A stretch of 64,000 nucleotides of DNA from Cyanophora paradoxa CCMP329 (Eukaryota > Plantae > Glaucophyta). Of the stretch, positions 53,756 to 64,000 are shown piece after piece. The DNA is taken from assembly GCA_004431415.1 (NCBI GenBank), contig QPMI01000437.1, forward strand, positions 346,245 through 410,244, given 5' to 3'. Position 1 is the stretch's first letter, and each line of letters starts with the position of its first letter. The position numbers and the translations under genes were made by a program. The notes beneath the pieces were generated by a model. That model was not told the origin of the DNA and did no database searches. It saw only the letters and a program-made list of their open reading frames with translations.

Positions 53756-53761
53756 AAGATC
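53756..53761 (+). repeat. Target-site duplication AAGATC (right)
   Basis: Matches 31205-31210. Confidence 0.95.
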
Positions 53762-55360
53762 AGCGACGTCAAACTTATATTTGAATATCTATAGTCTTCA
53801 ATTTGGAAGGAAAGCAAGTGCGGGGCAGTGATCGAGCATGTTCACATTGACGGACCTTTCGTTCCCGCTGGAGTCTACTGCGATCTGCCACCGGTACCGA
53901 CGGCTCGATTTCAGAACAAGGCAAGGCCAGACAACGATTTAACATGTACAATAGCAAAGACAGATAACGGACTCGGCTCATGCAGTCGTCAAGTTTGTAC
54001 TCGAACAGAAGATCAGAGCTCATCGAGGAGAGGTCTGCTCCAGAAAACGCTAAGCCGGCCTCAGTTGCCTGGAATCGCAATTTCCAGACACGAATTTCTG
54101 CGCGAGGGTATGAGTCGGTGACCGGTCAGGTGCGGAGTGGCGGGGTTCCAATTAAAATTCATTGCACTTAAGTTACGCGTAAGCCAAAAGAGGGAGCACC
54201 TGACATGAACAAGTTCGTGGGGAAATAAGTTGTCTGCCACCCGAAGTAGTGGGTGCGAGTGGCGCTGGGTATAACGATGCTGCTTCTAAATTTCGTGAAG
54301 GGTTTCGAGGTCGAGTTCAGGAAAGCGCTGGGCGCCAGCCAGCGGTAAGGGTTGAAAGAGAATACAACATGGCTCCACGTATTTAGGGGAATCCCGTCGC
54401 TGCCTGTGAAGGTTAAATCCCAATACTTGGTGACAGCCCCTGCCCGCAGCCACGCAATGACCGAGAACGAGTTGGCATCGACCTGCGCACGTACATGTAC
54501 ATTGACGAGCGCTCGGACATCCGCAAAGCGGCGATTGACAGGGTGAGAAACAAAGCTGCTATGCACATTGCAGGGCGTGTCCGTCCCTGTGTCGTCTTGT
54601 ACAGTGACCCCCGAGGGGCAGACCTTCAAAATCTGAATGCGCAGACACTCAGCAAGAATTTCGCGAAGTCAGAGCAGGGCACAATATCATTGGAAAACGC
54701 ACAATGTTGTCTTCACGCTGATCATTGCAGAACTCCAAGAGGTGCATTTCGGCAGGCGGCATGAAATGAGGTCGAATCCTACGCGGCACGCAGAGGATGC
54801 AGTTATAAGAGCTGAATTCGCAAGACGGTTTATATAAATTCTACGGATCTCCGTCTGATCCGGTCCCGCCGTGTCGCAACGAGGGCCCTTCGATGTACCG
54901 CGGCGTGGAATGGACGCCAGCGTTGGAGCCCGCGCCGTATTCCCCAACACTCCAGTACGCCCCTGGCCGCGCCCGCGCCGGTGGGTTCGATGTTTAGCCG
55001 CCGGCGCTCATATATATGCATTTGGTTCGCGTGCACGGAAATGTGTATGCGCGCGCGTCGGCTCACCGATTGTCTTGGGGCCTGTGGACGTGTAGACGGG
55101 CGCCGGGGCGCCGCAGCTCCCCCCGATGCAGGGTTCGCCAGAGCAGGGCGAAGGGCCCAGAGCCGCCAGCTGCAGCAGGACGAAGAGGACGCCCACTGCC
55201 GGAGTTCGAAGTTGAAGCGAGCTAAAGCTTGTTCGGGGGCCCGGCCGCCGTCGCGAGGCGCGTCGACGTCCTTGATTGCAATTGCAGTCCGAATTCAGGC
55301 CATGGACCCCAACCAATCGCAAGCCTTCATGATCAGGCGTGGACCCGGACCGCATTTCCA
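53756..55360 (-). CDS. 5' exons of the interrupted host surface protein (signal peptide, first LamG-like repeat); borders approximate
   Basis: VGVLFVLLQLAALG hydrophobic leader; IPLNTWSHVVFSF LamG-like strand; reading frame SNISLTSLI|LPPSCPCLG joins across the empty site. Confidence 0.55.
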
Positions 55361-57847
55361 TTGACATCCTAGAACTGCGTGGCAGCAGGCGTGAGCTCTG
55401 CACTAGCCATATTGATATATATATCTATGCATGGAAGGGGGTCACGTATATACTATGATATACGTACCGCTGAGCTGCGATTGCTGAAGCTTACGTGTGT
55501 ACCGTAGTACATGCACGTGTACGTTTACGTATACGTATATCATGGACGCGTACTGGCACGCCCCATGACCAGGCCAGGCCTGGGCGGCTGGCCACGGGCC
55601 TTAATTGCAAGGGGGGAAAGAAGACCGAAGGTCTTCCCCCCCTTGCTTCCCGTTCCCTCGCTTCAGCCAAAAGTTTTCTATGAGGCCGTTTTCGAGGTCC
55701 AGTTTGCAACAAAAAAGAGTCGAAATTGGGTTGCGACACGTGTTCGTCGCTGCGTGTTTTTTTTTCGAGGGCGAAGACCAGTTTTCTCTCGCGAGAGCTC
55801 TCTCGAATTCTCGAGCGTCAAAGTCGAGCTCGCGAGCTAGAGCTCTCTCGAACTCGCGAAAAGTGGTTTTCGAGGGGAAAACCAACTTCTCTCTCACTCG
55901 GGGCTCTTCCTTGCAATTGCGCGGTTCTGCGCATGCATTGAACCACTTCTCCGTAGCTGTCTAGATCTCCTCTAGATTTCGTTTGAACCACTTCTCCCTA
56001 GCTGTCTCCTCTACTAAAAATAGGCTAGATTTCGGCTTCCTCGCACTGCGCCGCGTACGCCGCACGGTACGCGTACGCCGGAAAACCGCAAAAACCGCTT
56101 GCGCCGGCCGCTGCCTGCGCCGCTGATCGCAGCCGGGCACGTCCGGCCGTCCAGACCGTAGACTCTTGCTGCGGTCAGCGCTAGCAAGCCGCCGACATCG
56201 AGCTTATACCGCAGAATCGCGCGCGCCACTGCCCGCAGGCGAGCACGCCGGCCGGGCCGGGCGGTCTTGTTGCACTCGGCACCCAGCCAGCAGACTAGTG
56301 CTGCGCACGACGTGCGGCTTGTGCGCTCAATCGGCGGCTCGCGTGCGCCCCGCGCTGCGCCTCGTGCCTGCACCGGTACCCCCGCGGCCTGCCACCCGGC
56401 CAGCAGCTCAGCACGCTTAAAAGCTTGCTGGGTGCGCGCAGTTTCATTGAAGTTCACCGCCCATACATGCCCTCTGTTCATGATTGCAACGGCAGGCCTG
56501 CGATCGAGGACCTCCACGAGGGGGTCGTCGAGCGCCTGCGCCCCGCCGGCCTCGCGAACATCGAAATTCAAGACCTCGTCTACCAGATGCACAGCGGGAG
56601 CGAGCAGCGCGCCAGCCGCGCGGCTCTCTCTTCAGGACCGGCGCCGCTGGCTACCCCTCACCCCCATGGTCGACTTCCGCCCCGACCCCCTCCAGAAGGC
56701 CTGGATCGCCTATGTTTACGGCGAGCCCTCTGCAGACAGCACCATTATCTTTTAACCATGGCCAGCTGTTCAGGGTTAGCGGTAGGCCGTATGAACACAG
56801 TTGATGCTCAGCGTTTTTTGGCTCCAGAACAATCTTTAATATAATGCATATGTGCGCTGAATCATTGAATCTGGCCTTTCATTGAGGCTTTTCTTTATTC
56901 GGTTTGATCGCAGCGTGTGCTTATCGGGCCTTTTTTTTCAATCTTATATTAATCTGTGTTTATCTTTACACTTCAAGTCTTCAACCTCCCGCGCGCACTG
57001 GGCCGGGGTCGATCTGCCGCACGCATGTGCGTCCCACTACGACTCTTTCATTAGATATCGATCCCGGTTCCCCCCTTGCACCCCCGGCGCGACAAACGCG
57101 GCCGGGCCACTAGTTGTTACAACTCAAGTCCGACGGTCGCTGCTCATCCTGCCAGGCTAAATATGACCATGGCTGCGGCCTGAAGCCTTGAAGGCTGGAT
57201 CAGGCCTAGGCTGCAGGCTTCCAGGCCTATTATAAGGCTTCCACGAGGGAAGGGCATCGGAGAATTGTAGAGCCGGAAAGGGCGAGGCTCCGGGCTGCTG
57301 TGCGTATACCGTAGATATAGTACGCCGAGCCTCGGAGAATTGAAGAGCGAGCGCGCGCATGCGCACTGCGGCACGCGTACAGTCGCCGAGTCGATCAGCT
57401 CATGATCAGCTGCGGGCGGCTTCTTACTAAGGCTATAGCTAGCCTTGCCGACTCGGCCGCGGCGATCCGATGATCGCCGGCAGGCGGCGGCAGCTTCCGG
57501 AATTCCGTCGCAGCACAGGCTAGCTATACGTACTGTATACGTATACGTTGGATCATCGGATAGGGCCGCAACGCGACTCACATGTACAAGTTGACTAGTA
57601 CTACATGTACAAGTACAACCGTTGAACGCTACGTATGACGACTCGGCGCCGAGTCGGCGGATGACGGCGAATCGTCGGCGATCCGACGGTCCGACGGTCG
57701 CCTGACGCCCTGAGGGCCAGGCTGATGCATGAGGCCCCTGACTCTCACCGTGGCACTGAGTCAGTGATTTGCCCGCGCGCGGCTCAGGCCGCGCGCTCAG
57801 CGGGCCAGCGGCTGTCGGCCGAACTTCCGAAAGTTCAGAACTCAGGA

Positions 57848-58033
57848 GCCAGGAGTCCCAGGACTCGGGAGTCGGGACTCGGGAGTCGGGACTCGGGAGT
57901 CGGAAGTCGCGATCGGGAGTCGGGACTCGGGAGTGACTCGCCGAGTCGGGAGTCTCGGGACTCGGGACGTCGACTCGGGAGCAGCCGCTTTTTTTGCGCA
58001 AGCGGGACTCGGGAGCAGCCGCTTTTTTTTGCG
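57848..58033. repeat. Degenerate GGGAGTC/GGGACTC heptamer array
   Basis: ggactcgggagtcgggactcgggagtc...; also gactcgggagcagccgcttttttt twice. Confidence 0.8.
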
Positions 58034-58819
58034 CAACTTTTAGTAATCCCCATTCCCGACAGTAACGTTAACCGACACGTACCGAGTACCGGTACTACTG
58101 ACAGTCTGACACCGCTTTTTTTGCGCACTGCGCCGCGGGCCGCGGCGGATCCCGACAGTAACGGACACTTGCGCCAACCTGGCGGTTGAGGGGGTACACG
58201 TCTACGAGTGACCGAAACGTTCAGTGTTTCCTTCCAGCTCCGAGGCTGATAATAACAATCGTTGAAAGTGTGTAAACAAAACGTTTAGCGTCACAATGAA
58301 TAGTACCGGAACTTCCGAATGATGCAGAATATTAATCTGCATGAGCAGTCTTTTCCTGCGGAAGGCGTTTGTGATTCGCGGTCCGTGAATCGCGGGCCTT
58401 CGCGGCCCAGGACTCATGCGAATGCCATGATGATCATGATTCATTATCATCACTTAAATTGACACTGATTTTGAGTGATTCGGCATGCGAAGAACAGTCC
58501 GAACTTCGGAATTTGGAAGGTACCGGCTCCGGCCCGAACAGACTCCGAACAGCGAGTGTCGGCTGAAGTCATGATCACAGTGAAGTGTCGACTCACAGTG
58601 ACAACTTACTGACAACCAGTGACAAGTTAAACTGACAACACTGACAAGTACTTAACGGCGTCGTTACGGCGCCGGGCGGCCCGGGCCGCCGGCGAGTAAA
58701 CGAGCAAACGTACGCGTTAACGTTACGTTTATATATTGCAATGCGCATTGTCAAGTTGCCCATGGTCTCGCATATGAGGACTCTGAGGAGTCCCTGCAGG
58801 CTGCAGCTGAGACTCCTGA

Positions 58820-58983
58820 GAGCCGCCGAGCGGAAATTCGAGCCTTCAGAGCTCCCCCAGGGCCTGCGGTTTTGATGGTTCGAGATCATGATCAAATTTA
58901 CGCATGCGCAGAGCTGCTGAGCGGAAATTCGAGCGTTCAGAGCTCCCCCAGGGCCTGCAGTTTAGATGGTTCAAGATCATGAT
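58820..58983 (+). repeat. Tandem duplication, ~90-bp period
   Basis: GAGCGGAAATTCGAGC.TTCAGAGCTCCCCCAGGGCCTGC..GATGGTTC.AGATCATGAT occurs twice. Confidence 0.8.
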
Positions 58984-59813
58984 ATCGATTAAATTTATGC
59001 ATGTGCAGTGCACTGGTACTAGTGGGGCGTTACATTGCGGTGCGGATGTGACGTTCATGATACACGGTTATCATTGCATATTGCACATGTACATGATCAT
59101 TCACTGCGACATCGGACATTGTAAGGATCCGGAGTCTCTGCAGCTAAGAACGGAAATTCGAACATACCTGATACAGCTTTGCTGTTGTGGCGCACGTGGG
59201 ACGGCGGCATGGCGCACGCGTGCGTCCGATGGTCGACGTCTGCTCAGTCTGCACTGCGGCAGCCGCTGATCATGAGCTGCCTTCGGGCCTCATGATGAGG
59301 GCCCCGACCGAGGCGCCGGCCGCCGGGCCAGCTAGCCGCCAGCTGCAGCACGTATGCGGCGCCATGGCATGATGCTGCAACCTGCGCTGCAGGGCCATGG
59401 CCAATGCAGGCAATGCACATGTACAGCCGGCATAGCCGGGATCTAGGGGGGTACGTATCCGACACAGTGTGGAAATTCACGAACGCCTTCCGCCCCGCAG
59501 GAAAATAAAAGCCTCGGGATCAGTACTGGTTCCGAACTCGAGGCTTCGAATTCTTGCCTTGTTCTGACTGCTTCCCGTCGCGATTCATGAGCATTCGGTA
59601 TCGATATCAATAAATTCAGAGAGATTTGAAACAACGCGCGCGCGCGCGCTTCGATTGCCGTCTAAAAATACAGAAGATACAGATCGGCCCAGCCTGGCCT
59701 GCGTAGTCGGCCGGGCCGCGCGTTCAGCTCTCTGAGCAGGGGCCCCATCGTCGGTCGCCATCGTTGACTCGTCGATGGCTGCCGGGCTCCTTTCGCCGGG
59801 TAGGCGCCGGCTA

Positions 59814-62204
59814 CTAGATGTTGTCGTGCTGGCCGAAGAAGGTGTGCAGGGCCTGCGCAGGGGCGCGCGCATCAAAAACCGTCGGCGGGCGCCCTTGGAT
59901 ATATTATATTATTAGAAGGGGGGGGGGGGGGGGGGGGGGGGGGCTTTACCTTGACGCTCTGGATGATCTCGATCGGGATGGTCATGAGCAGCTGCGTCGT
60001 CCGGTCTGCGGCCCCGCACGAGGTGAGGCGCCCGGAGCGGGGCGGGGGGGGGGCGGGGGGGGGGATGGAGGGGTGCTGTGTGTGTGTGGGAGGTGGGGGG
60101 GGGGTAGAGGACGCACTGCCCTCCTCGCGGAGCCGCTTGACCATCGGGTTGAAGCTGCACGCAAGCGCCTTCAGAAGGGGGTGGGGTGGGGGGCGGATAT
60201 ATATATCTCACGTCTAGATCCCACTAGATGCTCTAATAGGGATTCTATCGATTCTAGAATCTAGATCCCACAACAACCCTGGATCCCGGCCCGCCCGGGC
60301 GCACACACGAGGAGGTACACTCTAGATGTTAGAGGCCTATGAGACTCTTCCTTTTGACTTATATACGTCGGCCCGCCCGCGGCCGGGCGCACACGAGGAG
60401 GTAGGAGAGGACGAGGACGGCGATCTGGATGCCGAAGATGATGCCCTCCGTCGTCAGCGCCACCTGCCCGGCCGATCGGGCGTCAGCTGCAGTGGAGGGA
60501 GGGGCGGCGGGGCGGCGCGCACGGCGGAGCTCTCGACGATTTCGTCGCGGAAGAGTGCGTTCGAGCGCGCCAGCCCCTCGTCCTGCGCCCCCGCCCGCGC
60601 CCTCAGAAGACACCCACAGAAGCTGCCTAGCTTAGCTAGCTTGTGATATTGTATGATGAAGGCCCACGGCTACTTAGAAGCTAGTTGCTAATGAGCTTGT
60701 GATCTAGTATGAAGTTGGTGAATATGTGAATATGTGAAGCTTGTGATACTGTATGATGAAGGCCCGAGGCTCAAGGGCCCGGCGGCGGCGGTGGGGGCGG
60801 CGGCGGCGGCGGGGCGGGGGGGGGGGGGGGGAGCGGCGCACGAGGTAGAGGGAGGCGGCCGTCAGGAGCTCTCGCATCGTCTCCGAGGCCGACGCCGCCG
60901 CGAAGCCCCTGGAGGCAAAGGCAAACAAGACGGAACGGCTAAGACGGGTACGAGGAACGAAGGGAGAGGAGGGCACGCGCGCACGTGTTCGCTGCGCGGG
61001 GCCGGGGTACCCCGGCACCGACGAGGAGGTCGGGGGCGGCCTCCTGGGCCACCTCCAGAGCGATCTCGATGACGCCGTCGACCAGCGAGTCGAGCCCGTT
61101 GTCCACCAGCTGCGGCGGGGCGGGCCGGGGGCGGTGAGACCGGTCGGATCGCCGGATTCGATGGGGTGAGATTAGGTAGGGGCGGGCGGGAGGGCGGGCG
61201 GGCGGGCGGGGGGGGGGGGGGGGGGGGGGCGTTCCTCTTCTTCTTAGTTAGTTGATAAGTAAGAGACTGGAGTTAGACAGCTCCGTTCTTCTTAGGAAGC
61301 TACTTGAGCTCCGTTCGGTCTTGAGCGGTGGGGCGGGCGGGCGGTGGGGCGGGCGGGCGCTGGCTCGCCTCGTGGTCGGAGAAGTGGGCCGAGTCGCACA
61401 TCGCCGCGTCGAGGAGCACGCAGCCGGGCTTGTACATGAGCACCTCCTGCCGCTCGTACCGCCCGTCCGCGCCCCTGCGGAGCAAAGCAAAGCGTAGCAA
61501 AGCACAGCCCGCCCGCGAGTGAGCCAAAGCGTAGCGCCGAGCCTAGGAAGCCGGGGGCGCGCACCGGAGGAGCAGGGTGTCGTTGCCGTACTTGATGGCG
61601 CGCTGGACCTGGGCGCTCGTTAGTTAGATCCCACAAGATCTTGTTGATTCTAGATCTAGATTAGAGCCCGATTCCGTAGCATCCTTCGTCGGTCTGATCC
61701 TAGGCTCTAATTCCTAGAATACATACGTGTACGGACCTGGGCGAGCTCGTCGAGGGCGGCGCGGAGGCGCGCGAAGGCGGCGGCGCGCGGCGCGATGGCC
61801 GCGTCGTCGACGATCAGCTCGCGGGCCCAGAGGGCCGCCTCGAGGGCCAGGTGCTGCCTCTTCCCTCCGAAATTGATCTCCGCGCTGGCTGAGCGCCCGT
61901 TCTCCATGTTCAGCAGCCCGACGGCGAAGGCCGCCACCGCCATGCCCGCGATCACCGCCAGCGCGATCCCGTAGCTGCCCGCAAGGCGTGAGGAGGAGGA
62001 GGGGCGGGCGGGCGGGCGAGGGACAGCGGGAGGGCGCGCTTGCGGGTCATGCGGAGGAAGAGGCGGTCGCGCATGCTCAGCTCCCCGCGCGTCTTCTTCT
62101 GCTTCGACTCCTCTTTGGCCTTCTCGGCCGCCTCCGCCTCGTCCGCCGCCTTTGCCGCATCCTCCTCCGCCCGGTGCGCCTCCCCCGCGCCGCCGGCCGC
62201 CGCC

Positions 62205-62235
<31 letters not shown>

Positions 62236-64000
62236 GCCGCCGCCGCGTTGGCGCCGCCGCCCTTCAGGATGGACTTGCCGACGGCCGGCTTGCGGACGCG
62301 GAGCTCGCCAACGAGCGTCCGACGTAGTGCGCCGCGGCGGCCTTCGCGGCGATGTCCGCGGCACGCTCCTCCACGCTCCGCCGCGGCTTCCCGCCGTGCA
62401 GGTGGTGGTGGGGTGCTGCTGTGCCGCCGCCGCCGCGAGCGCCTCGCGCACGGCGGGGTCGCTGCTGTCCTCGCCGCCCGTGCGCGGCGCCGTGCCGAGG
62501 CGGTGCGAGGAGGGGGCGGGAGCGGGAGGAGGGCGCCGCCCTCCTCGGCGATCGCGGGCGGCGGGGCGAGCGGCTCGAACTCGGGCACAAGGCCGACGGA
62601 GCGCACGTGCGGGCCCCGCGCCGACCCGGACGCCGAGCTCGCCTGCGCGCCGTCAGCGGGGCGCGGGAGGCCTCGAAGGCGGCGCCTGCGCACCGACTTG
62701 CGGGCGCTGTTGAGGCCGCCGCCGAGCGCGTTGACGGCCACCGCGTGGGCCGAGCTCTGCGCGGGCGGCGCGTCGGCGGCGGGGCGGGGCGGGGGCGGGG
62801 CGGGGCGGGGCGGCGTCGGGGCCGCCGAAGATAGAGGATGAGCAGGGCGGCGCACGCCGCCCAAGCAGCTAGGGCTCTAGCAAATCCGAGATAATGGGAG
62901 CTAAGATAAAGAGAGCTTAAGATCCCAGTTGATTATAGATGGAAAGATAGATAGACAGCTAGATAAAGGAGCCGGCACTGGCGCACGTCGCCGATGGAGC
63001 GCCGGCGCTGGCGCGTGCTCCCCGACGGGACCGCCAGCGTCTCCGCGAGGCCGGACGAGCCGCCCGCCGCCGTCGACGCCGCCGCCGCCGCCGCCGCCGC
63101 CGCATCCTTCTCCGGCTGCGCGGCGCGTCGGAGGGAGGGGGGGGGGGGGGGGCGGGTACGCACGTCGCCGAGGGACTTGCGGCGGCGGCCGGTCTGGGGG
63201 GCGCGAGCAGCAGGTCGCCCCCGTCCGGCAGGTCCGCCCCCGCACTCTCCTCTGCGCGGCGCCCGCGTCGGCGACGGAGCGGCGGGCGCCGGGACGGAGT
63301 ATGCGACAACGCACGCCGATGGAGCCGCGGCGGCGGCTGTTGCGGCCGCCGGTGGGGGGGCGAGGGAGCCGGAGGGATGTGGGACCCCCGAGGGCCCCGA
63401 GGGTATCTTCTTCCCGCTGAGCGTTCCGGACGGGATCTTCTTGCGCCTGAACGAGGGCGCGCCGAGGGCCCCCGACGGGATGCGGCGCTGCGTGCCGCCG
63501 GCGGCGAAGGCGGCGGCGGCGGCGCGGCGGCGCTCGTTCTCGGCGAGGTAGCGGGCGCGCTCGTTCTCGTCGCGAAAGTGTGAGGGCTGCAGCAGGAGCC
63601 CCTCCGCGTCCTCCGCGACGCCCCGCTCCTGCGCCTCCCGCGCCTGCTGGATCCACCTGCTGGATGCTCAGCCGCCAGCCTCTCTCTTTCTTTCTCCTGT
63701 GCGCCAACAGCGCGCGCGCACCGCGTGATGGCGTCGGCGTCGTAGTCGCCCTCGTCGTCGTCCTCGGCCTCCTCCATCTGCGCCACGGCCTGCACGGCCG
63801 CCGCCGCCGCCGCCGCCGGCCCGCCGTGCAGCAGCGCCGCCGCCGCCGCCGCCACCGCCGCGTCCGCTGCATCCTGCTCGTCGCCGCGTCCCCGCCCTCT
63901 CCCGACTCGCGCGCCGCCGACACCGCCCCCGAGACGGCGCCCGAGACGGCGTTGCCCGAGGCGGCGTTGCCGGAGGAGTCGGAGGGCCGGCGGTCCCCGC
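59814..64000 (-). CDS. 3' part of host multi-exon membrane protein, Tmc (tiny macrocysts)-like
   Basis: TM helix SYGIALAVIAGMAVAAF, EINFGGKRQHL, MYKPGC, LVDNGLDSLV, last TM IIFGIQIAVLVLSYLLV, LREE..TTQLLMTIPIEII; stop at 59814-59816. Confidence 0.55.

Noticed and set aside
57848-58033. Telomeric repeat
   Set aside because: Degenerate, alternating GGGAGTC/GGGACTC, short and internal.
60300-64000. Long Arg/Pro/Ala/Gly-rich ORFs on both strands
   Set aside because: Artefacts of very high GC, GCC runs and G homopolymers over exons and introns of one minus-strand gene.
1-64000. tRNA or rRNA genes
   Set aside because: None recognised by eye; a covariance-model scan was not possible.

Overview
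Eukaryotic (GC-rich, intron-rich, probably protist) genomic window carrying two related endogenous Polinton-like viruses. Element 1 (<1-~24340, AT-rich, left end outside the window) encodes a frameshifted protein-primed PolB of the EndoVII-insert/DANNLYG type, a TVpol/PolA-like primase-SF3 helicase, an A32 ATPase, a double-jelly-roll MCP, two divergent penton-like genes, a patatin-discoidin fusion, a ~1900-aa fibre ending in an S74 chaperone, a Zn-ribbon/Vsr-like nuclease and an S-adenosylmethionine decarboxylase. It also has iteron-like inverted arrays. Element 2 (31211-53755, 22,545 bp) is complete, with 427-bp TIRs (TG...CA) and a 6-bp TSD (AAGATC). It has a different pPolB clade (DVVSLYP type), an rve integrase, the same syntenic morphogenesis module, a fibre with a different tip, C1q-tipped paralogues and two HNH-AP2 nucleases; no separate maturation protease was recognised. 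Both elements appear to interrupt the same minus-strand host gene, which encodes a signal peptide, LamG-like repeats and Cys-rich repeats. The right end of the window holds host repeats and the 3' part of a Tmc-like membrane protein gene. Many frameshifts fall in homopolymers and may be assembly errors. All family assignments come from motif recognition by eye; no database searches were run.
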